Source: Octopus vulgaris (Eukaryota). Taken from it: DNA of 64,000 nt. A model generated the notes under the pieces. That model ran no database searches, was not told the DNA's origin, and was given only the letters and a program-made list of their open reading frames with translations. The stretch is from NCBI GenBank assembly GCA_951406725.2, contig OX597825.1, positions 52,266,001-52,330,000 of the forward strand, read 5' to 3'. A program made the position numbers and the translations under genes. Below are positions 51,871 to 64,000 of the stretch, in pieces (positions within the stretch are counted from its first letter, which is position 1; the number at the start of each line of letters is the position of its first letter).

Positions 51871-53300
51871 ATATATCTGTGTCAAGGGTCTTAACCTCAG
51901 TTAATTAACTGTTAATTATAGAGTACGCCATAGCAATTAGCTGTAATCAATGATAGTGTTCTAAAAAATATTGGATAGCTATGGAAACAATATTATAGTG
52001 TGGATGTGATGTGAACCATCAACTTTTTTGACCAGATTTCTTGCATTTTATCAACTTACTAAAAAAAAACTCCTAAATATTTCTGTCTCTTTCTCCATCT
52101 TCAATCATCAGTAATAAAATCAGCTTTTCCATGCTAGCAAAGGTTAGACCTATATTATTGAGATTTAATTTTAAAGCAGACATCCTTTCTATCATAAACA
52201 TTTATTTCTTTTTTATGTGAAGAATATCTTATTCAACACATATTCTAAAGCAGAGGATATGTTGACATAGGAAATGACAGTAATATCATCACTTGTAGAA
52301 AAGCAAATTTTAGAGAAGCACTAATATAAACAAATACACAAATGCATATATATGTACCTATGTATGATATACTTTTAGTTTCTCTCAAACAAATCTACCC
52401 AGGGCTATAAAAAAAACATTTGCACAAGGTGCTGTGCATTGAGCTTGAACCTTAAGCCATGTTGTTGGGAAGAGTTCTTAACCACAAACCTATAATTGCA
52501 CATGTATGTATGCTCATTTCTATTTGCAATTATTTGTATGTATGTATATATGTATTGTTGCATTAATGTATTAAATACAAATGTAGGAAGTAGTTATATT
52601 GAGTTGCAACATCTCTAACTACCTAAGCTCTAGTTACCTATGTTACAGGAAAACATTCAGATCAACTTTCCTTTGCTTTTAATGACAAACTGCTTCATTA
52701 ACTGGTTTCCACTTGATAAGTTCTTGATCTAGCTTTGTTCCACATCGATTGCTTTCCTTCTCCAAGACTGAACAACAACAACTTCAACCCTTTTTCCTTC
52801 TCTCACTATGTTAGCAAACAAGTTTTCACTATTGTCAAAATTTATAATTCACTCAATACATTTCCTACTTTGGTCGACTTCCAATTGGGAATTGGCATGT
52901 GTTGGAAGTTTTAAGTTCATGTTTTATAATTGTCAAAATCCCAACAATTCTTCTGAAGCGAAATTCTGACAATTAGGCAGACAACCTACTCTCAACTTTA
53001 GCTTGCAGCATTGTTATAAAGAACCAAATTAACAAACCCAAAAACCATCTTACTAGTTTAAATAATTTTATTTCTGAAATTCACTTATCAAATTTTTCCC
53101 ATCTAATTGACTGTATAAGTCCCCTTCACTTCAAAATCCTTTTACTTACTGTATTTCGAAATTTTTCTGCTCTTCCTAATCCATATCCAGTAATTCAGTG
53201 GTGGGAAAGAGTCTATTTGTCAGAAGTTTCCCATCATTTTAAACTTGCTAGCACCATACCAATGAAATTGAACTGTTGTGCCATTTTCATTTTCTTCATA

Positions 53301-53319
53301 TCTATTACTCTCTGTGTGT

Positions 53320-53391
<72 letters not shown>

Positions 53392-53400
53392 ATGTGTATC
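53301..53400. repeat. (TG)n microsatellite
   Basis: Directly visible. Confidence 0.95.
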
Positions 53401-53919
53401 TGTTGTATATGTATGAGTGTAGAAGATATTGTTAGTTTTGAGCTGGTCAAACAGCAGCATGCAAAGCTAACACATACTTTGAGAAAGGGAGGTACCATGG
53501 ATACACCAGATAAGATTATGAGTTAGAAAGGCAGTGTTTGTGACACACATCGCCTGTGTAAAGCTGATTATATGAGTTCCATGGTATCATACTGTAATTT
53601 ACAAAACCAAGATGCAGTAGCAATGGTTTGCTTACTTTTTATAGTAACTTCACCTGCGTAGATATGGGAAAAAACATATCTGTTCAAGTAATTCTGCTTT
53701 GGAAAGGTTCATGAAATAGCATAAAATGACTCATACCACAAGTAAGCCATACAAGCTCTGTAGAAGTTTGAAATTGTATCTGTGTCCCATCCTTGCCAGC
53801 ATGGAAGGTGGACGTTAAACAATGATGATACATGTTTGAAGCCTTGTAGATCAGCTGCTGGTCTTAAGTGTCATCTGAGACCACATTGACACAATGGAGA
53901 ATATCAGTATGATATAAAC

Positions 53920-54138
53920 CAGTGGCTCATGACAATTTTTTGCCTATGGACCCCTTTTTTACTTGGGTGGACCCTCTTAGCCGATTGATGTTTAAAAAAT
54001 TCCTATTTTTATAATTAAATATTTGGGACTGTATACAAGAAAAATTGGAATATTTTATGCATTGTAGAAGTATAACTGATTTATTGCACATAATTTCTAA
54101 TTACTAAACCTCATATGAACCCTGGTTGAGAACTACTA
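53920..54138. mobile_element. hAT-like MITE
   Basis: cagtggctcatgac ... gttgagaactacta termini and subterminal tggaccc motifs; no clear TSD. Confidence 0.5.
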
Positions 54139-55865
54139 CTGTAATATGAGATGGCTATCATCTATCAAAACGAAGCAATTGTCATGTGTGTGTGTGTGTG
54201 TGTGTGTGTATGACTTTAAAATGCATCTTGTTGTGAGGCCTTGGTTTCAGTGTTCCAGGGTTTTGAAGATCATGAAACCATCTCTTAGTCACTTTGGTCC
54301 CAGGTCAACTCTGACTTGAAATAGTAGTACCTGTAAGAGTTTTATCTATGGGTTAATTTGCATATTAGGGCTTACCTATCTATGCATGTGAAGATTGAGT
54401 CTAGTGAGCTCTGTGGAAGTATCCTTCATGGTTCAATGAAGGGGAAGGTGCTGCAGCAATGTATTGCAAAGTGCAGAGAACAATTATGAGTAAGATATCT
54501 TGGTCATCTAAGGCATCTCTCTCCATCTCCAGTTTGCTGATGTAGTTTTGCTACTGGATTGAAGATATTTAATGATGAGAGTATAAGGTTGGTGGTATGC
54601 AATTCTTCATGACTTTAAGCAAAGTACCTACACAAGTCATCAGTCATCTTTAAAGATGCTTCTCATCTGGTAGATGAACATCAATGTGTGTATACATAAT
54701 TGCCTGTCTGTTATTATTTCACCACAACTCATTGATTCAAGGTTGATTACTTTTATATATAGTACTCAATATAAAAATGACTAGCTTAAGGTGACCCACT
54801 CTACGCGCGGGTAAGAGTGTGGTTGTTACTTTCTGTTGCTTCCATTCTGTTTTTTATCACCACATTCTCCCTCTTTGTTTCTCTCTCCTTTCTCTCTCAC
54901 TTTCCCACTCTCTTACTCTTCCTTTCTCTGGGACTCTCCTTCACTTTCTCTTACTCTCTATCTTTCTCTATCTATCTGTCTCCCATTTATAAACAACAAA
55001 AGATCTTGAGTAAGTTGAGAAAGAAAATATTTTGAAAGATTAATCATAAATATCAGGCAGTGACAACGGAAAGGTCTGCTTCAAAGCAGACAGCAAAACA
55101 CTAACATTTAAAAAGGCCAGACGAACTTGCGAGCTGAATAAAAATTTTAAAATATTGGAAACCAAAGTTTGAAGGGATAGAATCTGAAAATAGTAGAGTC
55201 ACCATGGCTGGCATTTATTAACGACGGACAGCAATGTAGTGGCAGTTTAGTGGCTGGCGTAAAATTTTGAACTTGATGTAAAAGAAAATTCCTAAACACC
55301 AAGTTTTGAAGTGATTCTTTCTCACGACAGTAGATTCACCATGGCAAGCATTCAAAACTTCTTCATCATGGACGGCAACACATTGACGATTTAAAGGGTG
55401 GCACAAGTTTTTTAGCTTGATGTAACAGAGAATTTCTAAACACCCGCTCCTGTAAATCTTAATCCCCTTTCAGCCCCATTTAGACCCCTTTTCACGTTTT
55501 GGTTAATATAACCCGATTTCATTCAGGTATACGTGGGCCACATATTATAAGATGAGAAATTTTGTCCTAGAGGTCACGCCTTTCATTTGAGGAAAAAAAA
55601 TAGTTACCATGCAAACTCACCAAGCACTTTTAACATAGGTGTGTATATTTTCAGCTCAACCGACCACATAATGCACAGATTATATATATATATATATCAT
55701 CATCATCATCATCATCATCATTTAACGTCCACTTTCCATGCTAGCATGGGTTGGACGGTTCAACTGGGGTCTGGGGAGCCCGAAAGCTGCACCAGTCCAG
55801 TCAGATCTGGCAGTGTTTCTACAGCTGGATGCCCTTCCTAACGCCAACCACTCCGAGAGTGTAGT

Positions 55866-58032
55866 GGGTGATTTTATGTGCCACCGACACAGGTGCCAGA
55901 CGAGGCTGGCAAACGGCCACGCTCGGATGGTGTTTTTTATTTGCCACCGACACAGGTGCCAGACGAGGCTGGCAGACGGCCACGCTCGGATGGTGTTTTT
56001 ATGTGCCACCGACACAGGTGCCAGATGAGGCTGGCAAACGGCCACGATCGGAAGGTGCTTGTTACGTGCCCACAGCACGGAGGCAAGTCGATGCGGTACT
56101 GGCTACGGCCACGTTCGGATGGTTTTCTTGTGTGCCACGTGCCACCGGCACTGGTACCTCAAAGATACAAATTCCATTGATGTTCATCTATTTTGATTTG
56201 TTTTGATTTGATTTTCACTTGCCTCAACAGGTCTTCACAAGTGTCACAAGAAGGAAGGTATGCACAGGTGGACTGACTACGTCCCAGGTAGGGGCCATGG
56301 GTTATGGCCTGACTAGTCTTGCCGGGTCTTCGGATGGTGTTTTTATGTGCCACCGACACAGGTGCTAGATGAGGCTGGCGAACGGCCACGATCGGATGGT
56401 GTTTGTCATGTGCCCACCGCACTGACTACAGCACTGATGGATTTCTTGTGTGCCACAGGCACTGGTACCACAAGATACAAATTCCATTGATGTTCATCTA
56501 TTTTGTCTATTTTGATTTGATTTGATTTGATTTTCACTTGCCTCAACCAGTCTTCACAAGTGTCACAAGAGGGAAGGTATGCACAGGTGGACTGACTAGT
56601 CTTGCCGGGTCTTCGGAAGGTGTTTTTATGTGCCACCGACACAGGTGCCAGATGAGGCTGGCGAACGGCCATGATCGGATGGTGTTTGTTACGTGCCCAC
56701 AGCACGGAGGCCGGTCGATGCGGAACTGGCTACGGCCACGTTCGGATGGTTCTCTTGTGTGCCACCGGCACTGGTACCACAAAGATACAGATTCCATTGA
56801 TGTTCATCTATTTTGATTTGTTTTGATTTTGATTTTGATTTTCACTTGCCTCAACAGGTCTTCACAAGTGTCACAAGAAGGAAGGAATGCACAGGTGGAC
56901 TGACTACGTCCCAGGTAGGGGCCATGGGTTATGGCCTGACTAGTCTTGCCGGGTCTTCGGATGGTGTTTTTATGTGCCACCGACACAGGTGCTAGATGAG
57001 GCTGGCGAACGGCCACAATCGGATGGTGTTTGTCATGTGCCCACAGCACGGAGGCCAGTCGATGCGGTACTGGCTACGGCCACTTTCGGATGGTTTTCTC
57101 TTGTGTGCCACCGGCACTGGTACCACAAAGATACAAATTCCATTGATGTTCATCTATTTTGATTTGTTTTGATTTGATTTTGATTTTGATTTTCACTTGC
57201 CTCAACAGGCCTTCACAAGTATCACAAGGAGGAAGGTATGCACAGGTGGACTGACTACGTCCCAGGTAGGGGCCATGGTTTATGGCCTGACTAGTCTTGC
57301 CGGGTCTTCGGATGGTGTTTTTATGTGCCACCGACACAGGTGCTAGATGAGGCTGGCGAACGGCCACGACCAATGGTGTTTGTTATGTGCCCACAGCACG
57401 ATGGCCAGTGATGCGGTACTGACTACGGCCACGTTCGGATGGATTCTTGTGTGCCACCGGCATTGGTACCACAAGCGGTACTGACTACGGCCACGTTCGG
57501 ATGGATTCTTGTGTGCCACCGGCACTGGTACCACAAGCGGTACTGACTACGGCCACTTTCGGATGGATTCTTGTGTGCCACCGGCACTGGTACCACAAAG
57601 ATACAATTTCCATTGATGTTCATCTATTTGATTTGTTTTGATTTTCACTTGCCTCAACAGGTCTTCACAAGTGTCACAAGAAGGAAGGTATGTACAGGTG
57701 GACTGACTACGTCCCAGGTAGGGCCCACGGGTTATGACCTGACTAGTCTTGCCGGGTCTTCGGATGGTGTTTTTATGTGCCACCATGTTCCCACAGCACG
57801 GAGGCGAGTCGATGCGGTACTGGCTACGGCCACGTTCGGATGGTTTTCTTGTGTGCCACAGGCACTGGTACCACAAAGATACAAATTCCATTGATGTTCA
57901 TCTATTTTGATTGATTTTCACTTGCCTCAGCAGGTCTTCACAAGTGTCACAAGAAGGAAGGTATGCACAGGTGGATCGACTACGTCCCAGGTAGGGGCCA
58001 CGGGATATGGCCTGACTAGTCCTGCCGGGTCC
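55866..58032 (-). repeat. Hierarchical tandem array in the RTE 3' UTR: six 273-452-bp units with ~62-bp sub-repeats
   Basis: ctagtc(t/c)tgccgggtc recurs at 56313, 56596, 56940, 57291, 57743 and 58016. Confidence 0.95.
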
Positions 58033-58755
58033 TCTCATGCACAGCACACTTCCATAGGACTCGGTCTTCAGTCATTTCCTTGGTGAGACCTAAAGTTCGA
58101 AGGTCGTGCTTCACCACCTCGTCCCAGGTTTTCCTGGGTCTACCTCTTCCACAGGTTCCCTCAACTGCTAGGGTGTAGCACTTTTGCACACAACTATCTT
58201 CAGCCATTCTCGTCACATGACCATACCAGCGCAGCCGTCTCTCTTGCACACCACAACTGACACTTCTTAGGTTCAACTTTTCTCTCAAAGTACTTACACT
58301 CTGACGATTATGAACACTGACATTACACATCCATCGGAGCATACTGGCTTCATTTCTTGCAAGCTTACGCATATCCTCAGCTGTCACGGCCCATGTTTCA
58401 CTACCATGTAGCATGGTTGTACGTACACACGCATCATATAGTCTGCCTTTTACTCTTAGCGAGAGGCCTTTTGTCACCAGCAGGGGTAAGAGCTCTCTAA
58501 ACTTTGCCCAGGCTATTCTTACTCTAGCAGTTACACTTTCAGCACACCCACCCCCGCTACTGACTTGGTCTCCTAGGTAGCGGAAGCTATCAACTACTTC
58601 TAGTTTGTCTCCCTGGAACGTGGTAGAAGTTGGTCTCTGCACATTTCCAGTGTTTATTTCTCTTGAGCATCTGCCACAGACAAAAACTATTTTCTTAGTT
58701 AGCCTTCCTTTGACATTGCTGCACCTCTTATGTGTCCATAGCTTACACTTGGTGC

Positions 58756-58762
<7 letters not shown>
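58016..58762 (-). pseudogene. RTE ORF2 C-terminal ~248 codons, uninterrupted (partial PHD-like finger, RT YLG motif, thumb and C-terminus)
   Basis: [14 protein letters not shown]...FVCGRC...[12 protein letters not shown]...LHGSETW...RLRWYGHV...GRGRPRKTW; the ORF's upstream extension is microsatellite read-through. Confidence 0.93.
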
Positions 58763-58826
<64 letters not shown>

Positions 58827-59676
58827 ACATATATACGCATTATATATACAAATGTATACAAATTATATATATATATATATATACGTATATATATATATAA
58901 ATACAGATATATATACACTTTGTATATATACATATTTATATATAGAACACACACACACACACACACACACATACACATATAAATTAACCCAATAAATATC
59001 TAATTCATAATATTTGTTCTCATGATTGTGTGGTGGTGGTGGCGATGATAATTCTCTCTATGAATGCAGACAGACGTAGAGAGAGAGAGGGGGGATGTGG
59101 GAGAAATAGTGACAGCGCTGGTGAAAGCGACGGGGGAAAGATAGTAGATGCTGTCAAACGATATTATAGAGAGAAAGTGAACGGAAAGGAGGAAAGAGAG
59201 AGAGATGGAGGAAGACAGGCAGATAAGCGAATGAGAGTAGACTTGTCAAAGTATGCGTTTTTTGCCCTAGTAACCACACCTTTTAAGATAGGATTTCTAA
59301 CCTAGCCCACTCACATCCTCATCTCATTTTACATGTCCCTGTAAATTTTGGAGTCAATCCGACAGGATCTAGTGACCTTTAACCCATTCCAATGCCAAAA
59401 CCAAACAAACAAACTTTTCGCATTTCAGATTTATAGATATTGATATGACTATATTTTCATACTTGTTTATTTGATAGTCCACACTACAATCATTTCAACC
59501 CCTGGTTCTCTTCTGGTACCCTTAGATGATCATGAGTTGCAATGGTCATATGGTTGCAGGGCAGACTACTAGATAAACAAAAGATAAATGTGTATTTATA
59601 CATATATTAATACATACATACATATTTATATACATATATACACATACATATACGAATGCATACATATATATATATT

Positions 59677-59942
59677 CTTTTACTTGTTTCAGTCATTTGA
59701 CTGCAGCCATGCTGGAGCACTACCTTTAGTCAAACAAATCCACCCCAGGACTTATTTTTTGTAAGCCTGGTACCTATTCCATAAGTCTCTTTTGCCGAAC
59801 CGCTAAGTTACAAGGATGCAAATACACCAATATCGGTTGTCAAGCAATGTTGGTGGACACACACACACACACACGCACATACACACACACATATATATAC
59901 GATGGGCTTCTTTCAGTTTTTGTCTACCAAATCCATTCATAG
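59677..59942 (-). mobile_element. SINE family A, 5'-truncated
   Basis: Tail and central microsatellite through ctaccaaatccattca. Confidence 0.85.
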
Positions 59943-61404
59943 GACTTTTCATTTACATAACTGCATTACAAAAATTCAAATTCTATCCATCAACTATCGT
60001 AAACGACATCTTATACTACCACCATCTCCATCACACCACAGAGGTCACATTTTCTATATAAGTATGTATGTGTGTGTAAGTGTATGTGTGTGTGAGTTTG
60101 CATGTTCGTTACATATGTTAGGCTGATGACTGAGAAGTATGTGTATGGGTGTATGTGATGGTGCATGTGTCTGTCAGTATACATACATTTTTGTGACAAC
60201 TGACATACATACACACATACATACATACATACATAAATACATACATACATCTAAAAACAGAACTAGACACACAGAGTGACAGTGATAAGATTGAGGGGTG
60301 CATGAATGTATGTCAGTGTGTCTCTGTCTTAGTATATGTATGTGACCATACTACCCAACAGTTAAACATGCTGATTTTGAAAGTGTTTAGTTTAGTTGCA
60401 ACCTGGATGTTGAATGAACAACAGCGTTCATTTTGAAATACCACTGTTTGGATTTTCCTTTTCACAATGGAGAGTTGCATTTTAAACATCATTAATGATT
60501 ATCACTACTTATGTGCTGAAATATTATTCTAGTTTTTATAATGAACTTGAAGATTTGGCTGATTTGACAGGACTCACAACACTCGCAAATATATCTGAAA
60601 AAAAATTTTACTCTGATTATTATAACAAATTCAGAAACTTGGCGAAATAGAAAGCCTTCGCGGCACTTTCAATATAATTACAGAAATGCTATTCCAGTCT
60701 TTATAACCAGTTTGAAGATAATGCTTTTTCAACAGTCCTAGTGTCTTTATCCTATTCGGGCTATGCTACTTTATCAGTGTTAGTATTCAACACTGCACAA
60801 CCTTTTTTAGTCAGTATTTATTCTACAGCCTATCACCATACACAGTTAAAATATATAGTAAGTGATGTCAAATAAATTTATGTTTTGCTACATACATCCT
60901 TCAGCAAATGTTTTAAGTTAATTAACATTCACAATAGCAACATATTTCTTTGTGCACAGTTTGTTCAGCATTTGTTTAAAAATTGTAAAATGATAAATTA
61001 CTTTAAAAAAATAAAGAATTATGCCTTCTGAATTTTCTTGGAGTTTGACTTTCTCCATCATGACATTCAATCTTGAATTTTATAAAATTTAGAACATGTT
61101 CCAAATAAAGGTTTCTGTACTCTCTTTCATTGGTGACGCATAATAATTTTTGCTAAATTGGTGACTTTCCAATACTGGAATATTTCTTTTGGAAAGATTC
61201 TCTAAAAAAATTTTTATAGCATAACTATACTACAGAAAGTATGTTTTGCACCTATATTGACTACATTTTGTTTTGCTTGCACTTCGCATGTGTACATTTT
61301 GCTATTTTCAATATTATCAATTGTATGAATATGTATGTGTCTATGAGTGTATGTGTGTGTTTCCATGTTCATTATGTCTATAGTAAACTATACTAAATGA
61401 CATC

Positions 61405-63160
61405 TTACACCATTTTCATGAGCTCACATCTAATGAAGTAGCCATCCTTATTGTAGGTGATCCCCATGAAAATCCTGATATTTTCGTACGTGCTTGAGAT
61501 AACAAATTTAAATGTGTTTCAAGGACTTGTCCCTCTTATCACGTTCTTTGGTGTACTTTTATTTTGTGGAATGCACAAGATGGGTATCATTTCAATATTC
61601 CATGGATTGAAACTGCAATGGGAGAGCCAATTACATACAAAGAGTTGTCATCAAATGACTTCTATTCTTACCAACTGATGTTAAGACCAGAACAATCAAA
61701 TCAATTACACATCTATTTCAGCAATAACTGGTTGATATGTATGCTAAAGTTGAGAGTCAGCATCTCCTCTTCATTTGTAACAATCGAAAAAAGTTACGGG
61801 CTAAAAATTATGTCCATCTTCAAGATGCTCTGAGGACAGATGGTGATATTTAAAACATGTTACATCTTATAATCTTCTCATCATCATTCACAGGTTGTCC
61901 TCCATATGCACAAACAAGCACAAGATGCTATGACAGATGTTGGGACATATGAAAAACCAGATCTTTTTGTCACTTTCGCCTGCAATCTTAAATGTGAGGA
62001 AATAAAATTTAACATTCTTCCAGTGCTGCATCTCCTGGTATTGCAGCTACCCTCCACGATGGGGGAAGAACTGTTCATTTCAAGTTCAATCTCCCACTAA
62101 ACTTTGCAATGAAAGAATCTCAAATGTGCAACATTTCCAAATATTCTGCAATGGCAGCAGTTCTCCAACAAACTTGCTTCATTATTTGGGATGAGTGCAC
62201 TGTCACATCATGGAGCTTCGGAGGTACTTGCTTGTACTCTCCAAGATATAAAAAAACACCAGCATACTCATGGGGAGAGTAATAGTTCTTGCAGGAGATT
62301 TCCATCAAGATTGCTAGTTATCCTCAAAGGGTCAAAAGCTGATGAGGCCAATGCATGCTTCAAAAAGTCGTACCTTTAGAGACATGTGAACAAACTTCAT
62401 CTTACAAGCAGTATCAGAGTACTTTCACAAGGTGATTATATGAGCTTTTTAAGATTGGTAATGGGATATTGACATTCAGCTGCATGAAATTACTTGCGGT
62501 CAAATGATACATTCTCTTAGGGATCTTATGGATAAAGTATTTTCTAATTTATCTGTCAATTACACTGATGTAAACTGGCTATGTGAAAAAGCTATTCACG
62601 CTCCAACTAATGAAATGGTTGATAAACTCAATCATGAATTTCTTCAAAAGTTAACAGATACATTAGAAATGACTTTATGATCAATTGATAACAGTCGATC
62701 AAAATCAGGCTGTTGAATTCTGAACACACTTAAACCCACTGGGATGCCACTGCATAACTTGACACTAAAGCTGGATGCTCCTATTATGTTGCTTAGGAAT
62801 CTTGACCCATCTCACCTGTGTAATTGAACTCACTTCATTGTTACTTCCATATAAGCAACAATCATAACATATAGTCACAAAGAAGAAAATGTCCTTATTG
62901 CAAAAATTCCTCTCATACCTACAGATATTCCATTTGAATTTAAGACACTTCAGTTTGCAGTCAAACTAAGTTTTGGTATTTCAATTAACAAATCTCAGGG
63001 TCACTCTCTCAAGGTAGTTGCACTCGATCTCTCTGCTACATGCTTCTCCCATGGCCAATTCTATGTTGCTTGCTCATGAGTTGGAAGCAGCAACAATTTA
63101 TTTAATTCAACATCGACAAAACATAACACAAAGACAGTTGTTTACCCTGAGATACTTCAA
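61405..63160 (+). pseudogene. Helitron Rep/PIF1-helicase pseudogene, internally deleted
   Basis: TSNEVAILIVG, FYSYQLMLR, LVDMYAKVE, KPDLFVTFACN (Rep); GIAATL..GGRTVH, IIWDE, LAGDF, PIMLLRNLDP..LCN, INKSQG.SL, FSHGQFYVACS (PIF1); many stops and frameshifts. Confidence 0.93.
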
Positions 63161-63205
63161 CTTAGATTTTCTGTTCAAAATTTTATTACCGTTACAATTT
63201 GGATA

Positions 63206-63230
63206 TCTTATATAATAAAACAGAGTTTGA

Positions 63231-63263
<33 letters not shown>

Positions 63264-63345
63264 AGTGCATATGTTCCTTATGGATTTGAAAACTGAGTTG
63301 CTAATTTTGACATATGAAATATCAAATGATTCAGTAATTGTCCAG
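63206..63345 (+). mobile_element. Possible non-autonomous Helitron 5' end
   Basis: a|TCTTATATAATAAAA followed by (TG)n; no 3' terminus identified. Confidence 0.35.
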
Positions 63346-64000
63346 CTATCAAATAATGTATGTTTTTTTGTGCAACAACTCTTTTTTACTACAACAATAG
63401 CTTTGGGTCACACAATTTTGAGATCCTTTACTAAGAGATTCAAATCTGCCTAAACGATCTTAAAATACATGGAGTTTTACCAGGGAATGAAACTTCGAAG
63501 ATATGCTGTCAATTTTATAAGTATTACTTAGTAGGTAATCTTTTAATGTGAAGTATGTTTGTCTGTGTTTTGTTTAGCCCAGAGTTGCCTCTGATGTAGC
63601 AGACTCCTTGCATAGTTTGTTTTTTACTTCCTGAAATGCTGTAAATGTATCTTTCTTTTGATGAATGGGTGTGTTTTAAGAGAGATTTGGCTGCTATTTA
63701 CAGTAGCTCAAGTTACCACAGACACATCTCTGTATGTGTGCGTGTGTGTGTTTTATTGTGGTGAAAAAAATACTTTTTCTCAGAATATTTTGCACAATAA
63801 TTTATTAAGAAATCTGGAGACCTTTCTTACTGCTAACAATTCAAATTCAAATTACAAATGTTAATTGTTTGAAGTCAATTAGACGGAGATTTACATGTAC
63901 TGTTATTTTATAGAGAGGAAGTTCAATACGAAGTTTTGAACTCATTATCTTGTGGCTAGTAATCCATTACCTTAAATATCAAGCCATTAAATCTTTAAAC

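Larger units (their letters stand above)
55698..58762 (-). mobile_element. Young 5'-truncated RTE LINE with expanded 3' UTR
   Basis: (ATG)n tail at 55698-55720, 3' UTR at 55721-58015, open ORF2 remnant; flanked on both sides by (TA)n; CpG-rich. Confidence 0.95.
54781..59437 (-). mobile_element. Non-autonomous Helitron-like element containing a nested RTE
   Basis: Minus strand starts TCTATAAAT...(TTTG)n at 59437 and ends with a GC-rich hairpin (acccgcgcgtagagtgggt) plus CTAG at 54781; the empty site reads A|T. Confidence 0.6.

Noticed and set aside
55866-58032. RT gene next to a repeat array, superficially like a CRISPR, retron or DGR system
   Set aside because: There are no unique spacers: the units are whole tandem duplications of a LINE 3' UTR, the RT is an RTE-clade eukaryotic LINE, and no cas genes are present
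58763-58978. N-terminal 72 aa of the 320-aa ORF
   Set aside because: Read-through of TA/TG repeats that happens to be in frame with the truncated RTE ORF2

Overview
AT-rich, microsatellite-dense animal genomic DNA. I recognised no host protein-coding exon, so it looks intergenic or intronic. The SINE, RTE and Penelope repertoire suggests a coleoid cephalopod such as Octopus; this is inferred from recalled repeat families, not from a search. The window is a mosaic of transposon debris: more than 15 copies of a tRNA-headed SINE with a central microsatellite, Nin-domain and CORE-like SINEs, RTE and CR1/Jockey-like LINE fragments, Penelope-like fragments, Tc1, mariner, hAT and piggyBac-like DNA elements, and Helitrons. 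Four observations stand out. (1) A 407-bp insert in a Tc1 element, flanked by a 12-bp direct repeat, combines Pol III A/B boxes, an inverted partial copy of itself and a minimal hammerhead ribozyme. (2) The RTE reverse transcriptase carries a C4HC3 PHD-like finger inside the RT domain. (3) A young RTE has a 3' UTR amplified into a 2.3-kb hierarchical tandem array and sits inside a non-autonomous Helitron. (4) Three independent 108-191-bp insertions were copied from DNA 1.0-1.5 kb away. All alignments and translations were done by eye. Coordinates of degenerate elements are approximate.
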